In this document: positions 27,178-36,797 of the stretch, one piece after another | How positions within the stretch are numbered: position 1 is the first letter of the stretch | Layout: each line of letters opens with the position of its first letter | From: a virus | Taxonomy: Duplodnaviria; Caudoviricetes | DNA: 61,472 nt | Strand: one strand, 5' to 3' | Virus record (IMG/VR): IMGVR_UViG_3300031623_000938 | Span: 1 to 61,472 of that record | Translations under genes and position numbers: made by a program | Notes under the pieces: generated by a model | Seen by the model: the letters and a program-made list of their open reading frames with translations, nothing else | Databases searched by the model: none | What the model was told of the DNA's origin: nothing

Positions 27178-28519
27178 ATTTATTAAAAAACGCCCCGACT
27201 TTATGAAGAGGGCGTTCTTCAAGCTTATTCCTTTTAGGTATAGGTACGGTAGCGATTTTAGGCATACTTTTAATCTTCTTAATAAGTCCCAACATTGGGA
27301 TATCGAAGAGCTAAGAAGGTTTCAGCTTAACGAACTAAGCTGCCTTTTGGTCCACGCCTACGAAAATGTACCCTACTACAGAGATGTATTCAAAAACCTA
27401 GGGATTCACCCTTTAGACATTGTAAGGGTCGAAGACCTGAACGTCCTGCCTGTATTGACAAAAGACATTATACGAGAAAACGGAGACAAGTTATTAGACG
27501 AGAACCTAGACAAGTCAAAACTCGTCAAATTTAACACTAGTGGCTCGACGGGAGATAAGCTTAAGTTTTACGGCACAGACGATATGTTTAAAAAGGAAGC
27601 AGCGTTTGTACTCAGAGCGTTCCGTTCTCACGGTGCTGATATGTATCGCGAACCAAGCATCTGGCTAAGGAGATATGTTCCATCTGATGGGAAAACCTTA
27701 TGGAATCATGACTACGAATTAAACAGACTGTACATGTCGGCTTACCACATGAATAGGGAGACGGTTTGTTCGTATGTGAACAAAATGAATGCCTCTAGAG
27801 CCAGAACACTGGTGGGCTACCCATCGAGCATATACATCCTTGCCTGTTTTGTGGAGGAGTTAGGGCTATGTTTGCCTTGGATAAAGGCGATACATGTAGC
27901 TTCAGAAAAGGTACTACCAGAATGGAAAGATAAAATAGAGTCCGTCTTAAGTATCAGAGTTAAATCTCATTATGGCCAAATGGAAAAGGTATCTTTCTTC
28001 TATCAGACAAGGCTCTCTGACAACTACACGGAGGCGTTAGAATACGGAGTAACCGAATTCGAAAAAGATCGAGAGACAGGAGAAAACGCATTAATAGGCA
28101 CTGGGTTCTTAAATTACGCCATGCCTTTTATTAGGTACAAGATGAATGACACCGCCCAGCTTCTTAAATCCTCTGAGTATGGCAAGGGATTGCCTGAGAC
28201 CGTCTCTGATTTCAATGGTAGATGCGATGATATTTTGACATCTATGAACGGATCAAAGATACCGGGGGTAAACTTCTACACTATGATGTATAAGATCAAG
28301 GGCGTTAAGATGTTCCAGATCATCCAATTACAAGCAGACTTAATTTACGCGGTAATTGTTCCAGAGCCTGATTTTTTTAACGAAGAAACCGAAGAGCAGA
28401 TCAAGAAAGGATTGAAAGAGAGGCTTGGTGATATTAACATAAAGATAAGGGTTGTTAATGAAATAATTCGCAGTAAAAAAACTGGTAAGATCAGGTGTAT
28501 CCTAAATGAAGTACAATGA
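27161..28519 (+). CDS. CapK / phenylacetate-CoA ligase family adenylate-forming enzyme
   Basis: HAYENVPYY, LPVLTK, TSGSTG, GYPS, MPFIRY, GRCDD. Confidence 0.88.
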   Translation: MSVVSRFIKKRPDFMKRAFFKLIPFRYRYGSDFRHTFNLLNKSQHWDIEELRRFQLNELSCLLVHAYENVPYYRDVFKNLGIHPLDIVRVEDLNVLPVLTKDIIRENGDKLLDENLDKSKLVKFNTSGSTGDKLKFYGTDDMFKKEAAFVLRAFRSHGADMYREPSIWLRRYVPSDGKTLWNHDYELNRLYMSAYHMNRETVCSYVNKMNASRARTLVGYPSSIYILACFVEELGLCLPWIKAIHVASEKVLPEWKDKIESVLSIRVKSHYGQMEKVSFFYQTRLSDNYTEALEYGVTEFEKDRETGENALIGTGFLNYAMPFIRYKMNDTAQLLKSSEYGKGLPETVSDFNGRCDDILTSMNGSKIPGVNFYTMMYKIKGVKMFQIIQLQADLIYAVIVPEPDFFNEETEEQIKKGLKERLGDINIKIRVVNEIIRSKKTGKIRCILNEVQ

Positions 28520-29594
28520 GAATTTGGATAGGATAGATGTATACAAGAACAGCTATCGTGATGAGATTTATGATCTTCACCAGACCAAGTACCACAAGCT
28601 TGATTGGAATGAAGCTGCTACGATCCCTTCGCCTTATGTAAGAGATGCTTTACTCGATTGCATAAACAGTAAAAACTTCAATTTCTACCCTGACACTCAA
28701 GCAAAAAAGCTCAGGACAAAACTAGCCGTATACAACGATGTCCCCCAAAGCTCCATAACTGTATACAACGGCTCAGACTCTGCTCTCAAAAACATATTTG
28801 ATGCGTTTCTCACTAAAGGTAGTAAGGTTTTCGTCCTTGGCCCAACTTATACCCAGATAAATACCTTCATACTCTCTAACGGGGCTGAAATTCACACCCA
28901 TATTCCAGAGGATATATGGAACGTAAATACTCACAATGAACTTTTTCTCCCTCTCAACCAGAACGATGGTGTAAAGTTCGATGTTGTATATCTAAACAAC
29001 CCAAACAACCCAACGGGGGTTTTGTATAGCGTCAACAAGATACGCTCCACCGCTCGATCACACCCAAAGACATTGTTCGTGATTGATGAGGCTTATTACG
29101 ACTTTTGCCATGTGACTTCTAAGGACTTAGCTATCGAGCTATCGAACGTAGTCGTGGTTAGGACTTTCTCTAAAGCTTTTGGCTTGGCTGGGCTTCGGTT
29201 AGGATACTCAATCGCCTCCGAGTACATAAACTCACTTCTTTTAAAGATAAGGAACGGGAAAGAAGTTAACCATCTGGCTCAAGTAGCTGGGGTTGCCGTT
29301 TTGGATGATATAGAGTATATAGAAAAGGGCATTAGGTCAGTGGTCACTTTAAGAAATTGGTTCTGTGAATCACTAGCCAAAATCGGAATTGAAGTATATA
29401 ATACGCACGGGAATTACGTAGTGATAAAGCACAAAAAGCACAAAGAAATTCTAGACAAATTCTTTAGCTCTAATGTGCTAGTGAGGGACAGGTCAACGCT
29501 CCCCCAAATGGAAGACTGCATTAGGATTACGGTTGGAGGAGGAAAGCAAATGGAAATGGTCTTGGGTGACATTCAGGAAATAACGAAGGAGTAG
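28506..29594 (+). CDS. PLP-dependent aminotransferase/decarboxylase (HisC/CobD family)
   Basis: LDWNE, NGSD, NPNNPTG, IDEAY, RTFSKAFGLAGLRLGY. Confidence 0.9.
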   Translation: MKYNENLDRIDVYKNSYRDEIYDLHQTKYHKLDWNEAATIPSPYVRDALLDCINSKNFNFYPDTQAKKLRTKLAVYNDVPQSSITVYNGSDSALKNIFDAFLTKGSKVFVLGPTYTQINTFILSNGAEIHTHIPEDIWNVNTHNELFLPLNQNDGVKFDVVYLNNPNNPTGVLYSVNKIRSTARSHPKTLFVIDEAYYDFCHVTSKDLAIELSNVVVVRTFSKAFGLAGLRLGYSIASEYINSLLLKIRNGKEVNHLAQVAGVAVLDDIEYIEKGIRSVVTLRNWFCESLAKIGIEVYNTHGNYVVIKHKKHKEILDKFFSSNVLVRDRSTLPQMEDCIRITVGGGKQMEMVLGDIQEITKE

Positions 29595-29595
29595 G

Positions 29596-30858
29596 ATGAA
29601 GAAACTATCATTAATAGGGCTAGGGAAACTTGGGCTTCCACTTGCAACCGTATTCGCGAGTAAGGAAATTTACACCATAGGCATTGATGTTGATTCCTCT
29701 AAAATAGATGGACTTAACAATAATAGGTTGCCTTTCCACGAGACAGATTTGGAAGACCTCTTTTCTTCGAGCAGAGACCATCTTCATTTTACTGAGAATT
29801 TTAAGGACGCCGTAAACGAAACAGACATTAGTGTTATACTTGTTAACACGCCCTCAGATAAAGAGAGCAAGGGCTTTTCTAATGCTTACATTAAGTCCTC
29901 TTTAACTAGCCTTTGCACGGAGCTAAGGGAAAGCAACAAGGATTATCACCTCATTGTTATTAGTAGCACCGTCATGCCAACCACTTGCAAAGAAGTTATT
30001 CTACCTCTGATCGAAGAAGTGTCCGGTAGAAAACTAAACGAGGGATTCGGACTTTGCTATATACCTGATTTGGTTGCCTTGGGCTCTATTATTAGAGACT
30101 TCAAGAACCCTGACTTATTAATCGTAGGCGAAAGCAGTAAACGTGCTGGCGATATGGCATTGGAATACTATGGTGACATCATAGACAACGAAGCACCAAT
30201 CCACAGGATGTCGGTGATAGACGCTGAAATAACGAAGGTCAGTCTCAATGCCTACATAACCATGAAAATAAGCTTCGCTAATTTCATTGGGAATATTTGT
30301 GACAAGCTAGAGGATTCGCATTCTGGTAACGTTACTTCTGCCTTGGGTAAAGATAGAAGAATTTCTCCTTATTACATAAAACCGGGGCTCGCCTTTGGTG
30401 GTACGTGCTTCCCTAGGGACACTTGGGCCTTCGAAGAGTTCGCACGAAAAGTAGGGCTCGACGCAGTTCACGTTAAGGCAGCGGATGAGATAAACCAGAT
30501 GCAACATAGTATTTTGTACGAAAAGACAACCAAGCTGAATAGGAGCAAGGTCGCCATACTTGGACTTGGGTTTAAAGCTAACACGCCAGTAGTAGTAGAA
30601 TCACCCGCGATTATACTAGCGGAGAGGCTTGCTGACAATGGATACACTGTCAATGTCTGCGATTCCCTCGCGCTCGAAGAAGCTAAGTTGGCCCTCGGTC
30701 AGAAGGCTAATTATTTTACAAGCATAGACAAGTGCTTATCTGCATCAGAGTGCTGCGTAATAGCAACCCCCTTCCTTGGATTTAGGGAAGTATCGGAAGT
30801 AGTCGGGGAAGAATACCCAATATTAGATTGCTGGAACATTCTAGAGTCAAAAACATAA
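29596..30858 (+). CDS. UDP-glucose/GDP-mannose dehydrogenase family
   Basis: GLGKLGLP, VNTP, SSTVMP, FGGTCFPRD, GLGFK. Confidence 0.93.
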   Translation: MKKLSLIGLGKLGLPLATVFASKEIYTIGIDVDSSKIDGLNNNRLPFHETDLEDLFSSSRDHLHFTENFKDAVNETDISVILVNTPSDKESKGFSNAYIKSSLTSLCTELRESNKDYHLIVISSTVMPTTCKEVILPLIEEVSGRKLNEGFGLCYIPDLVALGSIIRDFKNPDLLIVGESSKRAGDMALEYYGDIIDNEAPIHRMSVIDAEITKVSLNAYITMKISFANFIGNICDKLEDSHSGNVTSALGKDRRISPYYIKPGLAFGGTCFPRDTWAFEEFARKVGLDAVHVKAADEINQMQHSILYEKTTKLNRSKVAILGLGFKANTPVVVESPAIILAERLADNGYTVNVCDSLALEEAKLALGQKANYFTSIDKCLSASECCVIATPFLGFREVSEVVGEEYPILDCWNILESKT

Positions 30859-30878
30859 AATAACTTTTTTATATAATC

Positions 30879-31853
30879 ATGAGCAAAAAGATACTAGTAG
30901 CTGGAGGAGGTGGTTTCATCGGTGGTCACCTCATTAAACATTTCCTAGACCAAGGTCACTTCGTAAGAGTGGTGGACTCCAAGCCATTTGACGAGTGGTA
31001 TCAAGAGTTCGATAACGCTGAGAACCATTGCCTAAATCTGGAAGAAAAAGACTTTTGTTACCAATCCGTTAGCGAGATGGACGAAGTATACAATCTTGCT
31101 TGCAACATGGGGGGGATGGGCTTTATCGAAAACAATAAGGCACTGTGTATGCAGTCGATCCTAATCAACACTCACCTTTTAATGGCTGCGAGAGACATTG
31201 GAGTTCAGAAGTTCTTTTATGCTTCTAGCGCATGTGTCTACAACGCATCCAAGCAGACAGAGGTTGATGTTGTTGCTTTGAAAGAAGCTGATGCCTATCC
31301 AGCAGATGCAGAAGATGGTTATGGTTGGGAAAAACTCTTCAGTGAGAGGATGTGTCGTCACTTCAGGGAAGACCACGGCGTCAATACCTATGTCGCGAGA
31401 TTCCATAACGTATATGGCCCAGAAGGTACTTGGGACGGAGGGCGAGAAAAAGCACCCGCTGCTGTTTGCAGAAAAGTAGGCAGAGCTTTCCTTGACGGAC
31501 TAGAGGAGATGGAAGTCTGGGGCGACGGTCAACAAACCAGAAGCTTTATGTATGTGGATGATTGCGTCACTGGGATTAACAAGCTTATGGACAGCGACTT
31601 CCATGACCCAATCAATCTTGGCAGGGACGACCTGATCACTATCAATCAATTGATCGATTTGGCCGAAAGCTTTGCGGGTATTAAGTTAAAAAGAAATTAC
31701 AACTTAACCGCTCCTCAAGGGGTTAGAGGAAGGAACAGTGACAACACGCTAATCAAGGAAGTGCTTGGATGGGAACCTAGCATTACAATGGAAGATGGTC
31801 TTAGAAAGACGTATGATTGGATTCTAGACCAACAAATGTCTTCCAATGCTTGA
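30879..31853 (+). CDS. GDP-mannose 3,5-epimerase-like SDR
   Basis: GGGGFIG, NMGGMGFI, ASSACVY, YGWEKLFSE, GGREKAPAA, GVRGRNSDN. Confidence 0.88.
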   Translation: MSKKILVAGGGGFIGGHLIKHFLDQGHFVRVVDSKPFDEWYQEFDNAENHCLNLEEKDFCYQSVSEMDEVYNLACNMGGMGFIENNKALCMQSILINTHLLMAARDIGVQKFFYASSACVYNASKQTEVDVVALKEADAYPADAEDGYGWEKLFSERMCRHFREDHGVNTYVARFHNVYGPEGTWDGGREKAPAAVCRKVGRAFLDGLEEMEVWGDGQQTRSFMYVDDCVTGINKLMDSDFHDPINLGRDDLITINQLIDLAESFAGIKLKRNYNLTAPQGVRGRNSDNTLIKEVLGWEPSITMEDGLRKTYDWILDQQMSSNA

Positions 31854-32517
31854 GTATGTAACAGACTATCTTGATGTAGCTAAGCTTAAGTCGTCTAGCT
31901 ACATGGTTGAAGTAGGGGCTCACCATTGGGATAGGGGCTCCAGATCAAAAGAGTTCATAGAAGCTGGCTGGGAGGTACTCTTAATTGAGCCTCACCCCCG
32001 TTTATATGAAGAGCTTTCCCAAAAATACGCAGGGAACAACAAGGTAACCGTCTGTGGGTACGCAGCTTCAGACGAAGCTGGTCTTGGTATCCTTTACGAA
32101 GGAGCAAGAGGCCCAGACGATGGTTGCCACACTATGTTCCCGTTGAAAGACAGGTACAGGGGAGTAGGTGACATTGTTGAAATCCAGATCACAAAAAAAA
32201 CATTAACGAGCATATTTGAGGATTATGGCGTCCCAAGTGACTTAGCGGTTTTGTGCATAGATACGGAAGGAATGGATTGGGAAGTCCTACGTGGCTTAGA
32301 TTTTGATAGGTATAAGCCAATTATGATAAACTCAGAGAAAGTTTCCTTTAATTCCCACCTTGAAGAATTAAAGGGAATGAATAGGGAGTTCGGACAGAAA
32401 AACAATCTGGACACCGAAGCCAAGAACATGAGGATACAAAAGCTTTTGGTGCAGAACAGTTATCTTTTAGTTGGCGAATCTGATGGCATTGATAACGTTT
32501 ATCTTCTAAAGAAATGA
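31846..32517 (+). CDS. FkbM family methyltransferase
   Basis: VEVGA, LIEP, IDTEGMDWEVL. Confidence 0.85.
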   Translation: MLEYVTDYLDVAKLKSSSYMVEVGAHHWDRGSRSKEFIEAGWEVLLIEPHPRLYEELSQKYAGNNKVTVCGYAASDEAGLGILYEGARGPDDGCHTMFPLKDRYRGVGDIVEIQITKKTLTSIFEDYGVPSDLAVLCIDTEGMDWEVLRGLDFDRYKPIMINSEKVSFNSHLEELKGMNREFGQKNNLDTEAKNMRIQKLLVQNSYLLVGESDGIDNVYLLKK

Positions 32518-33572
32518 AAAAAGTATTAGTAACAGGTATTCTTGGGCAAGATGGAGCCAGCATGGCCAACTATTTACTCAACAAATCTAATGAAGATGTC
32601 CGTGTGTACGGCATGATGAGGAGGCTATCAACCCCCAACTATGTAAACACGGAAGATTTCTCAGCTAACAAGAATTTTGAGTTCGTGTGTGGCGATCTTT
32701 CTGATGAGGTTAGCCTCAATAATCTAGTAAGGGATATACAACCAGATTATTTCATTAATTTTGGTGCGAACAGTTTTGTTGGTTGTAGCTGGGACATGCC
32801 AGTGCAAGTTTTCGATGTCAACTCTTTGGGTGTTGTCCGTTGTTTGGAGGCAATAAGGAAACATGCTCCAAAATGCAAATTCTATAGTGCTGGAAGTAGC
32901 GAAGAAATGGGGGACGTTGACTATTCCCCTCAGGACTTGAAGCACCCCCTGAAGCCTCGTAGCCCTTATGCTGCATCAAAAGCAGCAGCTAGGCACATAG
33001 TTAAGGTCTACAGGGAATCGTATGATATGTATGCTATACATGGCGTATTATTTAATCACGAAGGCATAAGGAGGGGGGAGGAGTTCGTAACGAGAAAAAT
33101 TACGAAGGGGGTAGCAAGAATCCATAATGCCCTCAAAAATGATAAGGAATTCGACCCTATCGAGCTTGGGAATGTAAACGCTTTTAGGGATTGGTCTGAC
33201 TCTGATGACTTCGTGGTGGGCGTTTGGTTGATGCTCCACCAAGAGACCCCAAAGGACTACATTCTATCGAGTAATGAGACGCATTCCATCAAAGAGTTCG
33301 TAACTAAAGCTTTTCATCACGCTGGAATGGCTGGAAACTGGACAGAAATAGAGGGAGATGAGCTACGTACCAAGTTTTTTCTTAATTTAGAAGACTATAG
33401 GGTTGCAGTCCAAATCAATCCGAAATACTATCGACCAGCAGAAGTAGCAAAGCTATGGGGGGACTCGTCTCCAGCTAGGGAAGAACTGGGATGGAAACCC
33501 AAGACGAGTTTCGACGGGCTTGTTAAGAAGATGGTTGATTGGGACATTGAAAAATTTAAACACACAACATAA
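32514..33572 (+). CDS. gmd: GDP-mannose 4,6-dehydratase
   Basis: TGILGQDG, PRSPYAASK, LFNHE, FVTRKIT, RDW, YYRPAEV. Confidence 0.95.
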   Translation: MKKVLVTGILGQDGASMANYLLNKSNEDVRVYGMMRRLSTPNYVNTEDFSANKNFEFVCGDLSDEVSLNNLVRDIQPDYFINFGANSFVGCSWDMPVQVFDVNSLGVVRCLEAIRKHAPKCKFYSAGSSEEMGDVDYSPQDLKHPLKPRSPYAASKAAARHIVKVYRESYDMYAIHGVLFNHEGIRRGEEFVTRKITKGVARIHNALKNDKEFDPIELGNVNAFRDWSDSDDFVVGVWLMLHQETPKDYILSSNETHSIKEFVTKAFHHAGMAGNWTEIEGDELRTKFFLNLEDYRVAVQINPKYYRPAEVAKLWGDSSPAREELGWKPKTSFDGLVKKMVDWDIEKFKHTT

Positions 33573-33927
33573 AAAGGCCCTTTATCTTATAGAAAATCTC
33601 TGTAGAAACCCAAAGGACTTAAGCAAGAGGAGATTGTATGGTAGGGAGATTAAGTTAGCTAAAGAACTTCTCAAGTCTCAACCTGATTTTGATTTTTGGG
33701 TATGCATGAGGATGGATGAGAAACCTTATAGCCTAAGCTGGTTTAAAACCGAAGAGGGCAAGCTTTTCCTTTCTCTCGTTGACACTAAGAATAATAGGGT
33801 TTTTGAAGGACCGAAAGAAGTCGAGTTGAGCACAGAGAAAATAGGGGAAGATAAGATAATTAAAAAGACATCTCTTAATTTAAAGGATTTTTTAAGGAAA
33901 GATTATGGCAAGGACAAAGGAAAATAA
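33547..33927 (+). CDS. hypothetical protein
   Basis: ORF between gmd and recA; start uncertain (TTG 33520 or 33547). Confidence 0.65.
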   Translation: MKNLNTQHKKALYLIENLCRNPKDLSKRRLYGREIKLAKELLKSQPDFDFWVCMRMDEKPYSLSWFKTEEGKLFLSLVDTKNNRVFEGPKEVELSTEKIGEDKIIKKTSLNLKDFLRKDYGKDKGK

Positions 33928-35047
33928 AACAGAAGATACCTCTGTAAACTTTAGCAAAGTCATTGATGACATTCTGAAGGGTAAAGATTACAGAAACTAC
34001 CATTTCAATACGGACGAGCCAGTGAACTATAAGATTTCTACTGGTAGTTTGCTCTTTGACATGGCTACGAATGGAGGGTTTGGTCCGGGGATAATAAGAT
34101 TCCTTGGCCAATATGCAGGAGGAAAGACATCTGAGTGTTTGGAAATATCCAAAAACTTCCAAAAAGAGGTCCCTAACTCCTTCATCCTTTACGTCAATGC
34201 AGAAGGAAGAATCAACAAGGATATGTTGGAAAGGGCTGGGGTTGACTACCAAGACGAAACCAAGTTTAAAATCTTACAAACGCAGACTCTCCATGTAGTA
34301 TTCGACACCCTCAAGAAGTGCATGATAGACAATGATGCTTACCCTAAAGACAAACAAAGAAAATTTCTTTTCATAATTGACTCTATGGATGCGCTATCTC
34401 CAGCGGATGACCAAGTGAAGTCATCTAGAGACTCAGCTAGAGTTGCTGGCGGGGCTGTGGTTACAAGCCACTTCCTCAAGACTATGGGCCTTATGATAAA
34501 CCTAAAGGGGCACATGTGCATTTGCATTAGCCAGCGAAGATCAACCATTAACGCTGACCGATACAAGAAGCCCGACTTCAAAAACCATACTGCCTCAGGT
34601 GGTCACGCTTTGGACCATTTTGCTAATTGGATTTTAGAATTCGAGGGCAGATATAAGAAGGATAAAATCTTACAGAATCCGACTGCTGCTTTTGACGATG
34701 ATAAGAATCCATCTTTAGGACACATGTGCAAACTTAGGATTATTAAATCTCCAGTTGAGAAGTATGATGTCCCAATCCAATACCCCGTTAAGTATGGGAC
34801 TAATGGCTCTGGATCAATTTGGGTAGCAAAAGAAATAACAGACGCCATGATGAAATGTGGCTGGGTTGCCCAAAGCGGTGCTTGGATCAAGGTTTCAGAA
34901 GAAGTGACTGAAGCTTGCGAAGAGCTTGGGATTGAGCTACCCGACAAATTCCAAGGCCAACACTCTCTTTTCGAATTCATAGAAGCAAATAAGGCTTTTA
35001 GAGAGTATGCGTACATGAGGTTTGTTGAGGTTTTCTCTGGGATATAA
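33905..35047 (+). CDS. RecA/UvsX-like recombinase
   Basis: ISTGSL, GQYAGGKTS Walker A, IIDSM Walker B, SGGHAL. Confidence 0.92.
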   Translation: MARTKENKTEDTSVNFSKVIDDILKGKDYRNYHFNTDEPVNYKISTGSLLFDMATNGGFGPGIIRFLGQYAGGKTSECLEISKNFQKEVPNSFILYVNAEGRINKDMLERAGVDYQDETKFKILQTQTLHVVFDTLKKCMIDNDAYPKDKQRKFLFIIDSMDALSPADDQVKSSRDSARVAGGAVVTSHFLKTMGLMINLKGHMCICISQRRSTINADRYKKPDFKNHTASGGHALDHFANWILEFEGRYKKDKILQNPTAAFDDDKNPSLGHMCKLRIIKSPVEKYDVPIQYPVKYGTNGSGSIWVAKEITDAMMKCGWVAQSGAWIKVSEEVTEACEELGIELPDKFQGQHSLFEFIEANKAFREYAYMRFVEVFSGI

Positions 35048-35055
35048 AATGTACA

Positions 35056-35472
35056 ATGAGAATGTACAATATCAATGGCAGACTCGTTCACAAGAACGTA
35101 AGCTCGAAGTTAATAGATTGGGATGGAAAAAGCAGGTCCAAGATTCAGTTTAAGACTAAACAGTTCCTGAAAAAGTTTTGGGCTAGGCACATTTGCTATG
35201 AAGAATTCCCAGTTTATGGGACTAAAATGTCAGTTGACATATTGAACGCCACTAAGAAGATAGCGGTGGAGGTTCAGGGGCAGCAGCACGAAAAGTATAA
35301 TAGATTTTTCCACAAGAACAGATTAAACTATTTCTACAGTATACAGAGAGATCACAACAAAAGGATATGGCTTGAGGAAAATGACTATGTTTTGGCCGAG
35401 GTCAATTATGATGAAATATCGCAACTTTCTGAGCGTTATTTTGCTGATAAATTCGGCATTTCGTTGCTATAG
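35056..35472 (+). CDS. PD-(D/E)xK endonuclease (DUF559/Vsr-like)
   Basis: YEEFP..VD....IAVEVQGQQH..RD..K..W. Confidence 0.8.
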   Translation: MRMYNINGRLVHKNVSSKLIDWDGKSRSKIQFKTKQFLKKFWARHICYEEFPVYGTKMSVDILNATKKIAVEVQGQQHEKYNRFFHKNRLNYFYSIQRDHNKRIWLEENDYVLAEVNYDEISQLSERYFADKFGISLL

Positions 35473-35473
35473 T

Positions 35474-35479
35474 GTGTAA
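35474..35479 (+). promoter_or_regulatory. GTGTAA putative phage promoter element
   Basis: 6 nt before ATG of the tubulin/FtsZ gene. Confidence 0.5.
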
Positions 35480-35485
35480 ACAAGG

Positions 35486-36733
35486 ATGGATTACAAAGAA
35501 TACATGAGAGGAGCCTCAAAGCTCCCAAAACCAGAAGAGGAAGAAGGAATGGAAGATAAAGACTTACCACAGGATGCGGAAGAATCCAGCATCATAGAAA
35601 CCCCAATTGAAGATTTAGGAATTGATTTACCGGATATACCTTTGCCACCAGAGGTATCCGAGAGAATAGTTATCGAAGATACCTTTAAGGGGGCTTACAG
35701 ACTAGCGATCATTGGTGTTGGCCAAGGTGGTTCTAGACTCGCTGAAACATTTTGGAATTTAGGCTATAGAAGAGTCGTTGTCATTAATACAGCCGAGCAA
35801 GACTTGACCCAGATTCAAATACCATCAGAGAATAAACTTCTTGTCGGTGGTGGTGGGGCTGGCAAAAATCCAGATAGGGCAGAGAAAGTGTTCGCTGATA
35901 ACTACGAGGACATATTAGACTTTTTAAGAAAGGCACTCCCCGGAGGTTTTGACCGAGCAATTATAACGGCTGGTGCTGGAGGAGGAACAGGGGCAGGAGG
36001 AACTGCCGTGATGATTGATATACTCCACGATCTTTGCGAGTCACTTGGCGTAGAGAAGACGATGAGTGATGCTAAGATCGGAGCCATTCTTGCTCTTCCT
36101 ACAAGAGCAGAAGGAGAGAAGGTCCAAGAGAACGCCAGAAGAACAGTTAGCAAGGTTGTCGAAAAGATGGAAGCTGGACACATGTCTCCATTAATGCTTT
36201 GCGATAACGAGAGAATCAAACAGATTTACCCCGGATTATCCATAAGTAAATTCTGGACCACCGCTAACGCAAGCGTTGTAACTCTCCTGCACTTATTCAA
36301 TAAGGTCTCTGCTCAGGATAGTGCATATACCTCTTTCGATAAGGAAGACCTAGAAACCGTTTTATCATCTGGGGTAATTACCTTTGGGGCAGTCCAGCTT
36401 AAACAAGACATGGTTTCGGAAGACGAAATTAGCAAGTCTATTAGAGTAAATCTAAGGCGTAATATTCTCGCTGGAGTAGACATCTCGACAGGCAGCATCG
36501 CGTCATGTGTTCTGGTGGGGGACAGGGCCAGCTTGGATGAGATTTCTCAAGAGAGCATCGAGCATGGGTTTGAGCAATTAAGCCGTCTTCTCAAGGATGG
36601 ATCGACTGTCCATCGTGGTATATATGCAAGCAACAAACCGGGGCTTGTCATCTACACGATAATTGGTGGTCTACAAATCCCGAAAGACTTGTTCGAAATT
36701 TTCTTTAAGTCTGAGAGGAAATATAAATTCTAA
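35486..36733 (+). CDS. tubulin/FtsZ family GTPase
   Basis: IGVGQGGSRLA, NTAEQDL, GAGKNP, GAGGGTGAG signature, DNE, FDKEDL T7-like loop. Confidence 0.92.
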   Translation: MDYKEYMRGASKLPKPEEEEGMEDKDLPQDAEESSIIETPIEDLGIDLPDIPLPPEVSERIVIEDTFKGAYRLAIIGVGQGGSRLAETFWNLGYRRVVVINTAEQDLTQIQIPSENKLLVGGGGAGKNPDRAEKVFADNYEDILDFLRKALPGGFDRAIITAGAGGGTGAGGTAVMIDILHDLCESLGVEKTMSDAKIGAILALPTRAEGEKVQENARRTVSKVVEKMEAGHMSPLMLCDNERIKQIYPGLSISKFWTTANASVVTLLHLFNKVSAQDSAYTSFDKEDLETVLSSGVITFGAVQLKQDMVSEDEISKSIRVNLRRNILAGVDISTGSIASCVLVGDRASLDEISQESIEHGFEQLSRLLKDGSTVHRGIYASNKPGLVIYTIIGGLQIPKDLFEIFFKSERKYKF

Positions 36734-36797
36734 ATAACTGAAACGTCAGTAGACGTTCTTAGTTGACCTCTCTGCCTCAGTAGTATTAGGCTGCGCC

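Noticed and set aside
28506-29594. Calling the PLP enzyme hisC
   Set aside because: Family motifs fit, but there are no other his genes and the context is glycan tailoring; substrate unknown
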